Part shown: positions 15,530 to 25,600 of the stretch, in pieces
Position numbering within the stretch: position 1 is the first letter of the stretch
How the letters are laid out: every line of letters begins with the position of its first letter
Virus record (IMG/VR): IMGVR_UViG_3300046055_000025
Location: 1-29,457 of that record
Direction: 5' to 3' (one strand)
Source of the DNA: a virus
Taxonomy: Duplodnaviria > Caudoviricetes
Length of the DNA: 29,457 nucleotides
Notes under the pieces: model-generated
The model's input: only the letters and a program-made list of their open reading frames with translations
The model's database searches: none
Told to the model about the DNA's origin: nothing
Program-made: the position numbers and the translations under genes

Positions 15530-17614
15530 GTGCCGTATGCGAACGAACACGCATGCCGGCTAGCCGACCCGGCGAAGTACGACAAGATGCGCCGGCAGAA
15601 CAACGCCGGCAAGGTCAAAGGCCGCCGGGTCGACCACATCATTGGCATCCGCAACGGCAAGTCAGAACGTCAAGCAATCCGCTATCCACTGTCGGCCGGC
15701 TGGAACGGCAAGGACGCAACCAAGCAGGCCCGCAACCATTGCAACAACCGGGGCGGCAGCTTCGAACAGGCCAGCAACCAGGAGAACACCGTGGCTGACG
15801 AGCTTCGCTGGCAAGGCGTCATCGCCATTGAGGGCGAACCGACCGGCGACGGGCGCATGATGGAAGAAGGCTCGCTGCGCTGGGACGGCGGCCCGTGGCC
15901 GCTGCTGTGGAGTCGCAGCGACGGCGGCCATCAAGCGTCAGTCGTCGGGTACGCCGACGAGATCTGGCGGGACGGCAACCTAATCAAAGCCACCGGCCAT
16001 CTGTCCGACAGCGAGGACGATCAGGCGCAGGCGGATGTGACGCGCGTCAGCGAGCTGCTCCGCGAGGGGGCCGTCGGCACGAGCGTCGCCCTCGACGACG
16101 AGACGGCCGAGATTCGCGTCGAACGGCAGGCCATCGACAAGGGCGAAACTCCCGATGACGAGAGTGCTGGCGGCGAGGAGGTCGACGACGAGGACCGCAT
16201 CGTCGTCATGCGGTTTCGGGCCGGCGAGGAGATGCAAGTCACTACGGACGCCCGCATCCGCCACATTGCCGTTGTGGACACGCCAGCGTTCGCCGAATCC
16301 GAAATCGCCATGGCCGACGACGAGGGGATGGCGGCCGCCCGCGCGCATCCGCGCGCTCGCATCGCGGCCGTTAAGCCTGGCGACAGTGAGGCGTTCGCCG
16401 ACCCGCAGTTCGGCGGCGACGATGACGGCCGGCTCGTCCGTCAGGAGCCAGAACGCCAGGGTGAAAGCGTCACGTACGGCTGTCCGCTCGTCGTCACCGA
16501 CGACGGGCACGTGTACGGCCACGCCGCCCTGTGGGGACGCTGCCACGCTGGCTTTGCGAGCCAGTGCGTCGCGCCGCCCCGCGAGGGCAACTACGACCGG
16601 TTTCTGACCGGCGAGGCGATCCCCGGCGTTCGCACCGGACCATTGACCGTCGGGACGACTCACGCTGACCTGACGGTGTCCGGCGACGAGGCGATGCGCC
16701 ACTACTCCGATACCGGCCGGGCGGTCGCGGACGTGACCGTCGGCGAGGACGACTATGGCATCTGGGTGGCGGGCAAACTCCGCCCGACTGCCACCAGCGA
16801 CGACGTGGCCGAGCTGCGCGGGTCGAGCCTGTCGGGCGACTGGCGACCCATCGGCGGCAGGTTGCGCCTCGTCGGCATCCTCGCGGTGAACCAGCCGGGC
16901 TTCATGGTGCAACGGCAAGCCAGCGAGGAGGCGGTGGCAGCCGCCATCACTGCCGGCCCGTGCTGCGCCGACGATCCGCTAGTCGCCCAAGTCGACATTG
17001 GCGGGAACGTAGCGATGGTCGCGCTTCTGCCAACCGAAAGCGAGATGGAACGTCTTTCTGTGGCGGGAGGGTTAGAGCCGCAGGACGTGTGCGTCAAGCT
17101 CGCCGTCCTCGGCGACGCTGACGACGTCAGCGACAGCCAACGCGACGACATTCTTGAGAGCGCCAACCAGGCGGCCGGCGAACTTTCCGCCGGCACGCAG
17201 CACGCCTTCGGCTATGCCGTCCTTGACCCGCGCGAGGAGCGCGGCAGTTCAGCGGCCGTCCTGCTCGTTGAGGGCGAGCTGGTCGTCGACGCGCGCGATC
17301 GCTTCGCCGAACTTGACACGTCCGCCGACCCGCTGTGGCTACCGCACGTCACCGTCGCGGACCCTGAGCAGCTCGACCGGACCGTCGCTGACGCGCTTTC
17401 TGACAAGACCGGCGATGTTGTCTTCGATCGGCTCCGCGTCATGTTCGGAAACGAAGCGACGGACTATCCGCTGGCCGGCGCTGACGATCTGACTGCCAGC
17501 GGCGTGTCGAAGGCCGAACATCGAGCGTTGCAGCAGCGCCTCCACGCCCTAGAGGTGCTCGCTGGCGACTGGCTAGCAAGAGACGTGAAAGACCGCGCGC
17601 GTAGCGCCGACTAG
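15530..17614 (+). CDS. Multidomain capsid maturation protease-like protein with C-terminal degenerate 2H-phosphoesterase-like domain
   Basis: WQGVIAIEGEPTGDGR...PLLW...H..SVVG (prohead-protease-like), GHVYGHAALW..CH, LSGDWR, WLPHVTV; directly before the major capsid gene. Confidence 0.75.
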   Translation: MPYANEHACRLADPAKYDKMRRQNNAGKVKGRRVDHIIGIRNGKSERQAIRYPLSAGWNGKDATKQARNHCNNRGGSFEQASNQENTVADELRWQGVIAIEGEPTGDGRMMEEGSLRWDGGPWPLLWSRSDGGHQASVVGYADEIWRDGNLIKATGHLSDSEDDQAQADVTRVSELLREGAVGTSVALDDETAEIRVERQAIDKGETPDDESAGGEEVDDEDRIVVMRFRAGEEMQVTTDARIRHIAVVDTPAFAESEIAMADDEGMAAARAHPRARIAAVKPGDSEAFADPQFGGDDDGRLVRQEPERQGESVTYGCPLVVTDDGHVYGHAALWGRCHAGFASQCVAPPREGNYDRFLTGEAIPGVRTGPLTVGTTHADLTVSGDEAMRHYSDTGRAVADVTVGEDDYGIWVAGKLRPTATSDDVAELRGSSLSGDWRPIGGRLRLVGILAVNQPGFMVQRQASEEAVAAAITAGPCCADDPLVAQVDIGGNVAMVALLPTESEMERLSVAGGLEPQDVCVKLAVLGDADDVSDSQRDDILESANQAAGELSAGTQHAFGYAVLDPREERGSSAAVLLVEGELVVDARDRFAELDTSADPLWLPHVTVADPEQLDRTVADALSDKTGDVVFDRLRVMFGNEATDYPLAGADDLTASGVSKAEHRALQQRLHALEVLAGDWLARDVKDRARSAD

Positions 17615-17630
17615 AGCCGCATAGCGGCTC
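17597..17630 (+). promoter_or_regulatory. Tandem hairpins with GC(G/A)TAGC cores upstream of the major capsid gene
   Basis: GCGC-GTA-GCGC (17597-17607) and GAGCCGC-ATA-GCGGCTC (17614-17630). Confidence 0.55.
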
Positions 17631-17666
17631 CCGCCCGCCCGCACCTGAACTGCAAGAGGAGCGAAC

Positions 17667-19286
17667 ATGGACCCCGAGCTGGCCAACCTCGTCGACCGGA
17701 TCGACGGTGACAGCCCGCCGGACGCCAGCGAGCTGCAGGACGCCCGCGAGCAGCTCGTCCAGGGCCTCCGCGACGCCGTCGAGGGCGACGAGCCCGACAT
17801 TGACGCGGGCCGCGACATCCGCAACGCCATCGACCGCATCGACCAGGAAGTCGAGCGGCGCAACCAGTCCGAACAGCAGCAGCGCGACGAGGCTCGCCAG
17901 CTCCTCGACGGCCTCAATGAGCCTGAGGGCGGGGAGGAGCCTTCCGAAGACCCGCAGGCCGAGGTGGTCGATCCGAGCGATGCGGCCGGCGGCGACACGG
18001 AGGCTGAGCCGGTGGCCGCGTCCACGCGCGGCGAGCGGCTGCGCGGCACCATCCAGCGTCGCAACCGTCGCACCACCACCGTCGACCGGGTGACCGACCC
18101 GCGTCCGGTGGAAGCGATGCTCGCCGGTCCGGCGCTGGGCGCCGACGAGCCGCAGACGTTAGAGGATGCCGCCGACGTGTTCCACCGCTACGCGCAGCGT
18201 GTGAATCGCGGCCGTCAGACGCTCATTGAACTGCGGTCCAACTATCCCGAGGAGCGCAAGCTCGGCGCGAGCCCGTCGGCGAACACCGCCGTCATCGACC
18301 GGGTGCTTTCCCCGCGCGCTTTGGCGGCTGCCGGCGGCGTCTGCGAGCCGGTGCCGGCCGACTTCACCCATCCGATTTGCGGCGACCGCGGCCGGCCCAT
18401 CCGCGACAGCCTTCCGCAGTTCGGCGCGGACCGTGGCGGCGTAAGGTTCCAGCCAGCCGCCACCCTCGACGATCTGCAAGACATGAACGCCAGCGGCGAG
18501 GATGCCGTCAACGTGTGGACGCAGTCCACCGACGAGTCGCCCGGGACGGAAACGAAGCCTGCGCCGCGCATCGACTGCGAGACGGAAACGGAGACGCTCG
18601 TTGACGCGGTCGTGGCCGCCCTCACCATCGGGAACTTCCAGGCGAGGTTCAACCCCGAGTTTTGGCAGTCCCGCCTCGACCTTCTGATGGTGCTGCACGA
18701 CCGTGTGGCCGAGCAGCACCTGTTTTCGCTGATGCAGAACGCGTCGGTGAGCACCAGCGAGGTGCCGAACGAGGACGGCACCGCCCGCACGCTCATGTTG
18801 ACGCTCGACCGGGTGGCGGCCGCCATCCGCAGCCGACATCGTCTGACGGACACGGCGCTGCGCTGGCTCGCCCCCCTGTGGGTCCGCGACGCGATCCGCG
18901 CGAGCCTCGCACGCCAGCAGCCCGGTGACGGCACCGAAGCCCTCCACGTCGCCGACGGCACGCTGGAGTCGTTCTTCTCCGACCGGAACATCATCCCGGT
19001 ATGGTCGCCTGACCTCGACGTGTTCGGCGACCAGTCGGCCGGCGCCCAGCCGAACACGTGGCCGGGCGACAACCTGACCGGGCTTTTGTACCCCGAGGGG
19101 ACGTTCTTCTTCCTCGACGGCGGCATCATGGACCTCGGCACCGAGATTCAAGACTCGACGCTGAACGAAACGAACGACCGGCAGACGTTCGTGGAAACGT
19201 TCGAGCAGGTCGCCCAGCGCGGCTGCGAGTCGATCGAGGTGAACGTGCCCGTCGGCGAGGACTGCGTCTGCTCCACCGCCAGCTAA
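17667..19286 (+). CDS. Major capsid protein (hexamer type) with N-terminal scaffold-like region
   Basis: SD GAGGAG; acidic coiled N-terminus; AAAGGVCEP..CG..RPIRDSLP.F..RGGV, LDGGIMDLG..DSTLN.TND...F.E.FE as recalled from cluster-B-like actinophage capsids. Confidence 0.85.
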   Translation: MDPELANLVDRIDGDSPPDASELQDAREQLVQGLRDAVEGDEPDIDAGRDIRNAIDRIDQEVERRNQSEQQQRDEARQLLDGLNEPEGGEEPSEDPQAEVVDPSDAAGGDTEAEPVAASTRGERLRGTIQRRNRRTTTVDRVTDPRPVEAMLAGPALGADEPQTLEDAADVFHRYAQRVNRGRQTLIELRSNYPEERKLGASPSANTAVIDRVLSPRALAAAGGVCEPVPADFTHPICGDRGRPIRDSLPQFGADRGGVRFQPAATLDDLQDMNASGEDAVNVWTQSTDESPGTETKPAPRIDCETETETLVDAVVAALTIGNFQARFNPEFWQSRLDLLMVLHDRVAEQHLFSLMQNASVSTSEVPNEDGTARTLMLTLDRVAAAIRSRHRLTDTALRWLAPLWVRDAIRASLARQQPGDGTEALHVADGTLESFFSDRNIIPVWSPDLDVFGDQSAGAQPNTWPGDNLTGLLYPEGTFFFLDGGIMDLGTEIQDSTLNETNDRQTFVETFEQVAQRGCESIEVNVPVGEDCVCSTAS

Positions 19287-19316
19287 CCCCTCTTACTAGC
19301 CCACAGAGGAGTTGGG

Positions 19317-20111
19317 GTGCTTGCACAGCACGTAACGCTCCCCCCGGCCAGCAGGCCCGCCGCCGGCCTGCTGGCCGGCGCGCGGAGTTTGAACGTCGAC
19401 GAGTGGTGGCGCGGCATCGCGTTCGCCGAGGTTGGCTGCGCCGAGCCGACGTGGCGCGGCCCGTGCACCAGCGGGGCGGACGCTCCCGTTTCGCTCGGTG
19501 ATAGTCAGCAGTTCGCGCCCATCACGATCCGGCAAGGGTTGGACTGTTCGGCGCTGTCCATGAGCGACATTCGAACGATGGCCGCCAGCCGGCTCGACGT
19601 GACGCGCGAGTACGCAATGGCTCGCACGCTCATGACCGGCGACGGCACAGAGCAGGACGACAGTGGAACGCTGAACGCCAGCATCCACGGGCAAGCCGAG
19701 GAGCTAGACGAACAAGACAACGTCAACGAGGCCATCGCCCGCCTGGAGGAGGAGGCCTCCAAAAACCTGTACGGCGCGAGGGCGTTCATTCACGTGCCGC
19801 CCGCACTGGCAGCCTTCGTCGAGGTGAATGCGGCGTGGCGCGATGGGACGGTGTGGCGGACGATGATGGGCAACGTCGTGATCGTCAGCCCTGGCTACTT
19901 TGGCGAAGACCCCGACGGGGTCCTGGAGCCCACGCGCCGCTGGGTGTACGCCTCTGGCGAGGTGTACGCCTCGTCCGGCCAGCGAACCGTTCTATTCGAC
20001 GTCGACCGGGACGTGAACACGTCGGTTGCGTGGGCGCAAGAGTTAGGGCTGGTCGTGTTCGACCCGTGCTGGGTGGCCGGCGCCCCGGTGTCCTCAGGAT
20101 TGCTGTCCTAA
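19317..20111 (+). CDS. Second capsid protein (pentamer type, putative)
   Basis: Follows the capsid gene; WWRGIAF..C, AIARLEE...G..FIH, TMMGNVVIVSPGY. Confidence 0.7.
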   Translation: MLAQHVTLPPASRPAAGLLAGARSLNVDEWWRGIAFAEVGCAEPTWRGPCTSGADAPVSLGDSQQFAPITIRQGLDCSALSMSDIRTMAASRLDVTREYAMARTLMTGDGTEQDDSGTLNASIHGQAEELDEQDNVNEAIARLEEEASKNLYGARAFIHVPPALAAFVEVNAAWRDGTVWRTMMGNVVIVSPGYFGEDPDGVLEPTRRWVYASGEVYASSGQRTVLFDVDRDVNTSVAWAQELGLVVFDPCWVAGAPVSSGLLS

Positions 20112-20124
20112 AAAGGGGTAGATC

Positions 20125-20781
20125 ATGGCAACGAACGCATATGCGGGTCAGGCGCAGGCGTGCCTCATTCGCGTCGCGCGGCTGAACGACGACGGGTCGC
20201 CGTCGCAGGGCGAGTGCAACCTGTACGTGACGGAAAAGCTCGTCTCGCTGGAATGGTCGCCGGAGTTCAACGACGGCGACACGATTTCGCAGCTCGACGG
20301 GTGCGGCGAGGAGGAGCTGTTCCTGCGCGCCGACGACGTGCTGCGCTGGCTGAACCTCACGATGCGCATAGTCGCCCCCGAGCCGGAACTGTTGGAGTTC
20401 CTCGCTGGCGGCACCGTCCATAACCTGTCCGGCGACACGACGGGCTATGGCATCAAGGGTCCGGGCGCCGTCGGCGGTCCAACGGACACGTCGATTGAGT
20501 TGTGGGAGGCGATCATCGTGGACGGGTCAATCGTCGACTACATGCGGTACGTTTTCCCGCGGACGCGCCAGTGGCGCCGGACCGGTTCCACGCACGAGAA
20601 TGCTGTCTACGAGGTGCAGGTCGAGGGGCGCGGGTTCGTCGCTGGCGCGTGGGGTGACGGTCCTGGGGGCGACTGGAGCGACCTTACCGACGAGCCGGTC
20701 ACGATTTACGACGGGGCGATCGAAACGAACGACCTGCCGGAGGCGCAGGAGGGCTGCCAGGACCTCTCCCTTACGCTGTAG
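20125..20781 (+). CDS. Major tail (tube) protein
   Basis: IRVARL..DGSP, DGCGE, PEPELLEFL, YVFPR; size and position. Confidence 0.75.
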   Translation: MATNAYAGQAQACLIRVARLNDDGSPSQGECNLYVTEKLVSLEWSPEFNDGDTISQLDGCGEEELFLRADDVLRWLNLTMRIVAPEPELLEFLAGGTVHNLSGDTTGYGIKGPGAVGGPTDTSIELWEAIIVDGSIVDYMRYVFPRTRQWRRTGSTHENAVYEVQVEGRGFVAGAWGDGPGGDWSDLTDEPVTIYDGAIETNDLPEAQEGCQDLSLTL

Positions 20782-20796
20782 GAGCAGGAGCATCTC

Positions 20797-21576
20797 GTGG
20801 ACGGGCCGTGCGCGCCGCTAGTGTCCCCGTCGGACGTCAACCAGTTCTGCGACCTTGACCAGTCCGACGGGGATAACCCGCCGAGCGACGCGGCGTTACA
20901 GCATGCCGCCGAGTCGGCTAGCACTATTGCGTGGACGTTGGCGGGCCGCCGGCATGGCGAGTGCACCGTCTTTGCCGAGCGGCCGGGCCGGTCGGGTCGG
21001 TCGGGCTGCCGTCAGCGGCTCGCTTATCCGGGCGGGGGCTCGCGTTGCCTGTGCGCCTGCTGCGGGCGGGGCTGGTGCGGCTGCCCCGGCGCGTCGACGG
21101 TGTTCGTCGGCCACCGGACGCCGATTGCCGGGGTAGACGACGTGCGGATAGGCGGGGCGTCGCTGTCCAACAGTTCGTGGGCGCTGGTTCGCGGCCGTCA
21201 GCTCGTCCGCCGCGACGGTGGCGTGTGGCCTGCCTGCCAGCTCCTCGCCCGCGACGACGACGACGAGGATGTGCTCGTCGTCGACTACCGGTGGGGCGAG
21301 CCCGTCGGCGAGTATGGCCGCTATGCGATTGCGCTGTTCGCCTGCGAGATACTGAAGGCCGCGTCGGGCCGCGAGTGTCAGCTTCCATCGGGCGTGACGA
21401 GTGTCACGAGGCAGGGAGTGTCGTTGGACGTGTCGAGTCCGTTCGACTTTCTCCGAGAGGGCCGCACCGGCGTGTACGAGCTGGACCTGTGGCTATCTAG
21501 CGTCAACCCGCACGGGCTCAGGTCGCCCTCGCGTGTGTGGACGCCGGACGTCGACGAGCCCGTCGGCGGCAGCTAG
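20797..21576 (+). CDS. Head-to-tail adaptor
   Basis: AWTLAGRR.G.C, WPACQ, CQLPSGVTSVTRQGVS, TGVYELDLWL..VNP. Confidence 0.75.
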   Translation: MDGPCAPLVSPSDVNQFCDLDQSDGDNPPSDAALQHAAESASTIAWTLAGRRHGECTVFAERPGRSGRSGCRQRLAYPGGGSRCLCACCGRGWCGCPGASTVFVGHRTPIAGVDDVRIGGASLSNSSWALVRGRQLVRRDGGVWPACQLLARDDDDEDVLVVDYRWGEPVGEYGRYAIALFACEILKAASGRECQLPSGVTSVTRQGVSLDVSSPFDFLREGRTGVYELDLWLSSVNPHGLRSPSRVWTPDVDEPVGGS

Positions 21577-22008
21577 ATGGCCGCTGGCGACTTGTGGGGC
21601 GAGGCCGTCCAGCTATTCGACGACGTCGTCCAGCGTTTGGATAGCCCGCCGAAGCGGCGCTATATCAGCGAGGGGGCGCCAGCGTTCGACTGCGAACAGC
21701 TCGTCCTGCACGTGAGCCGCCTCACGCCCGGCGTCACGACGCGCGGGCTCACGTCGCCGACGCAGGCGACCGCGACGTTCACACGCTTGTGGTGTGCGCC
21801 AACCAGCGACGCTCGCGGCAACCCGCCGACCGCGCAAGCCCTCCACACGTCAGCCGGCATAGTTGTCGGCGGCGGCTGGGAGTTATGGCAGGCTGTGATG
21901 CGAGCCGTCGAAGCGCACAACTGCCGGCCGGCCGTCGTCGAGGCAGTCACAGTCGGCCCCGAGGGTGGCTTTTCCGGCTGGCAAGTCACCGTGCAATGGA
22001 CACCATAA
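21577..22008 (+). CDS. Putative tail terminator/neck protein
   Basis: PAFDCEQL, GPEGGFSGW; between adaptor and tail chaperone. Confidence 0.6.
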   Translation: MAAGDLWGEAVQLFDDVVQRLDSPPKRRYISEGAPAFDCEQLVLHVSRLTPGVTTRGLTSPTQATATFTRLWCAPTSDARGNPPTAQALHTSAGIVVGGGWELWQAVMRAVEAHNCRPAVVEAVTVGPEGGFSGWQVTVQWTP

Positions 22009-22022
22009 GGGAGGAGACTCCG

Positions 22023-22415
22023 ATGGACGCGACTGAGAACGGCCACAAGCAGACGGAATGGACGACCGTTTACGACAGCGTCGAACCGCACGTCGAAGTG
22101 ATCGCCGGTCGTAAGTTCACCTTCACAAGGTTGCCGAGCGCCCTCCAGCAGATGCGGCTGCTCGACCTCGGCACGCAGGGCCAGCAAGTTGGAGCGGCCG
22201 GCGTCGAACGGCTCCGCGCCACCCTCTCGCACATGTTGGAGTCCGACGAGGAGGCGCTGGCGCTCCTCGACAGCGTGGCGAGCATCCGGGAGGTCGCGTC
22301 GATCATCACGACGGCGATGCGCGAGATGATGGCGCGCCCTACCACCGGGCGGTCGGGCTCTTCCTTTGGGCCGCCCGAGACGACCTCGACTACTGGCTAC
22401 ATCGAGCCGGAATGA
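22023..22415 (+). CDS. Tail assembly chaperone (short form, gpG-like)
   Basis: SD GGGAGGAG before ATG 22023; ends ARPT plus a Ser/Thr-rich tail; upstream of the tape measure gene. Confidence 0.75.
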   Translation: MDATENGHKQTEWTTVYDSVEPHVEVIAGRKFTFTRLPSALQQMRLLDLGTQGQQVGAAGVERLRATLSHMLESDEEALALLDSVASIREVASIITTAMREMMARPTTGRSGSSFGPPETTSTTGYIEPE

Positions 22416-22657
22416 CCGCCCACACGGCGGGCCGGCTCAGCGTCGACCAGCTCTACCCGGCGCTGCTCGACGCGTGGATTACCGAGCACACGTCGTTGGG
22501 CCGGTCGCGCAGCGAGCTTCGCAGCGCGTTGGAGCAGAAACTCGACACGTACCTCGTATCGCATGAGGAGAAGCGGCGCCAGTGGGGCCGGCAAATGTCG
22601 CGCGGCCAGTACGAGCGGCTGAAGGCCTCCAGCAAGAGTAGGGGCGGCGATGGGTGA
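22340..22657 (+). CDS. Tail assembly chaperone extension (gpT-like), probably reached by a -1 frameshift near 22335-22343
   Basis: The -1 frame is open and protein-like from TAC 22340 (YHRAVGLFLWAARDDLDYWLHRAGMTAH...) to TGA 22657. Confidence 0.65.
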   Translation, partial: YHRAVGLFLWAARDDLDYWLHRAGMTAHTAGRLSVDQLYPALLDAWITEHTSLGRSRSELRSALEQKLDTYLVSHEEKRRQWGRQMSRGQYERLKASSKSRGGDG

Positions 22658-25600
22658 GCAGGTCGGCGAGGCGTTCATTGAGATCCAGCCGGAACTCGAA
22701 GGGTTCGCCGAGGAGCTATCCGAGGGGGTCGGCGAGGCGACCAGCGAAGCCGTCAATACTGCCTCCAGCGAGTTCGAGGATCTGGGCGGGGTTGCCGAGA
22801 GGGTTTCGTCGACCATCACAGACTCGTTCGAAGGTCTCAGTGGGGCTGTTGAGGGCGTCTCGGCGGACATCGCGGGCTCCTTCGCGGATGCTGGCGAAGA
22901 GATCAGCGGCGCCCTATCAGACGCCCCCGATGTTCTCGGCGAAGCGGCCAGTGACGCCATAAATGTTGCGTCGAATGAGCTGGAAGACCTTGGCGGGGTA
23001 GCCGAGGACGTCTCGGCGAGCATCACGGACTCGTTCGAAAGTACCGGCGAAGAGATTCGCGGATCGTTGTCGAACGCGAGCGACGCATCGACTACTTCGT
23101 TCGAAGATCTGAAGGGTGAAGCTAGCGAGGCTGCCAAGGCGGCGTCTGGCTCGTTCGAGGGTCTAGCTAGCGAGGCTGGCGAGGTCGTTGAGGCCGCCGA
23201 CACGGCGTCCAGCTCGTTCGAAGACCTAGCGGGCGAGGCCGGCGAGGCTGCCGACACGGTGTCTGGCTCGTTCGACGATGTTGGCGGTGAGATTGCCGGC
23301 GAGATCGAACGGGCGAGCGGCAGCATTGAGGGCGAGTTAGGGCAGATCGCCAGCGATGCCAGAGAGGTCACAGAGACAGTATCTAGCTCGTTCGAAGGTG
23401 CTGGCAGCGAAATAGCTGGCGAGTTCGAACGGGCAAGTAGCAGCGCCAGCGGCGAACTTGAACAGATCGCCAGCGATGCTGCCGAGGCCGCTGATACAGC
23501 GTCTGGCTCGTTCGGTGATGTTGGCAGCGAGGTAGCTGGCGAGTTCGAGGAGGCGTCCAGCAACGCCAGCGGCGAGTTCGAGCAGATCGCTAGTGACGCT
23601 CAGGGCGCCGCTGACGAAGTTGGCGCGGCGTTTGATGGGACGTCCAGCAGCGCCAGCGGCGAGTTCGAGCAGATTGCCAGTGACGCTAGTAGTGCTGCCG
23701 ATGATGTGGGCGCGGCCTTCGAGGGTACGGCCAGCGACCTGGCCAGCGAGCTAGAGACAGCCTCCTCACAGTCGACGTCGTCGCTGGACAACATCGGCGC
23801 GGAGGCGCGCGCCTCTGCCAACGAGGCCAGCGCGGCCTTTGAGGGCGTAGGCGAGGACATCGAGGGCGAGTTCGAGGAAGCGTCGGCGGCCGCCAGCGAG
23901 GTCGGCAGCAGCATCTCTACCGACCTGAACGCCGCCGCTGACGAGGGCGGAGGCGCCTTCGAACGGCTGAAGGATGCGGCGGTCGGGCCGATCGGCGGGA
24001 CGATCGCCAGCATCGTTGGGCTTGCCGGCGCTACGGAAGCGTTCGTCTCCACGTCGGGGCCGTTGGAGTCGAGCGTGGAGCGGCTCGCCGCCGAGTTTCA
24101 AACCAGCGAGGAGGAGATTCGCGACCTTGCGACGGGCATCGCGAACGCGCAAGCCCCACTAGAGCAGGTCGTTCAGCTATTCGATCTTGCGCGGCGGCAG
24201 GGCGTCGAGACGACCAGCGGCCTGGAGGACTTCACACAGACGCTGCTGAACGTCAGCGAAAGCTCGCTTGAAGGCGCCACCGACCTGGCGCAGATAGGCA
24301 GCAGCCTCCGGTCAGTCGGCGTGGAAGCCGGCAACATTTCGGAGGTCCAGGACGAGCTGGCCTTCATCGCCCAACGGACGACGTTCTCGCTGGAGGAACT
24401 CGGCGAGACGCTGCCCGAAGTCCAGAAGGAGTCCGGAAACCTCGATCTGACCTTTGACCAGCTAATCCCGCTCATCGCCGCTTTGAACGATGAGTTCGGG
24501 TCACAGCAGGCCATCAACCAGGAGCTAAGCCAGACCATCGGCGACGCTGAGGGGAGCTATCAGAAGTTCGTCGAAGAACTCGGCTTCACCAGAGAGGAAA
24601 TCGAAGGCTACCGGCAGGAGATCGACGCGGCCAACGGCCTTGCGGAGCGGAACGCTGCCATCAATGAGGAGGCCGCATCGCCGCTGCAGCGGTTCGCCGA
24701 GGGGTTCAAGCAGGCGCGGTTTCAGCTCGTCGAGGGCTTTCAGGACTTCGAGGCGGTCAACGACCGTGTGGACTCGTTCGTCGAAGGGATGGTTTCTGCG
24801 GCTGAGGTGGCTGGCGAGGTGCTCAGCGAGGCAGACAGCCTTGCGGGCGCCTTCGAAACGCTGTCGGCTAAGGTCGGATTGCTGCCCAGCGGATTCGGCG
24901 AGGTGGGGGCGGCCGCCCCGCCAGCGTTGGGCGAGGCTGCGGGCGCCAGCCAGGAGTTCGAAGAGACACTCTCGACGGTCGTTGGCAACCTCGGCGACGT
25001 GGTCGGCCCGGCGCTACGTGACGCGCTGGAGGAGCTGGGGCCAATCGTCGAAGACTACGCGCCAGTCCTCGGCGATGCGGCAGTCACGCTCGTCGACGCG
25101 ATCGTGGAGGGCATTTCGGGCGAGCAGCAGGCCCTCACGGACGTCGTCACTGACGATGTGCTGCCGCTGATCGTCGACGTGCTCACGTCGTCCGCGGTGA
25201 AATCTGCCGTGGCTAGCGCCGCAGGCGAGATTGCTATAGCAATCGGCGAGGGGCTGCTCGACACGCTGCAGAGGGGCGGCGGGCCGCTCGGCAGTGCGGC
25301 TAGCACGGTCGAGACGGTCGTGACTGGCCAGTTCTCCGGGACGCTTGCTCCGTTCCGCGACGTCGGTTCGGACGTTGCCAGCGCAATCGGCGATGCCGTA
25401 GTGGACTTCATTCCGGACTCTGGCGTCGGTAGCGTCATTGACCAGATCGTCAATACGATCAGCGGCGCCCTGTCGCCGAGCAGCTTCGTTGAGCTGAGAG
25501 TTGTCGGGTCGGACATTGCCGGCGAGATTGCCGGCGCCGTATCTGACCTGCCCGGCGAGCTGTACGACATTGGTGCCAGCGCGATTGACGACATCATTGA

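Noticed and set aside
5581-21579. Other TAG stops followed by an in-frame gene (5583/5599, 14644/14651, 20781/20797, 21576/21577) as readthrough fusions
   Set aside because: Each downstream ORF has its own start codon, two have a clear GGAG SD, and each is a complete separate protein type; in-frame spacing occurs by chance one time in three.
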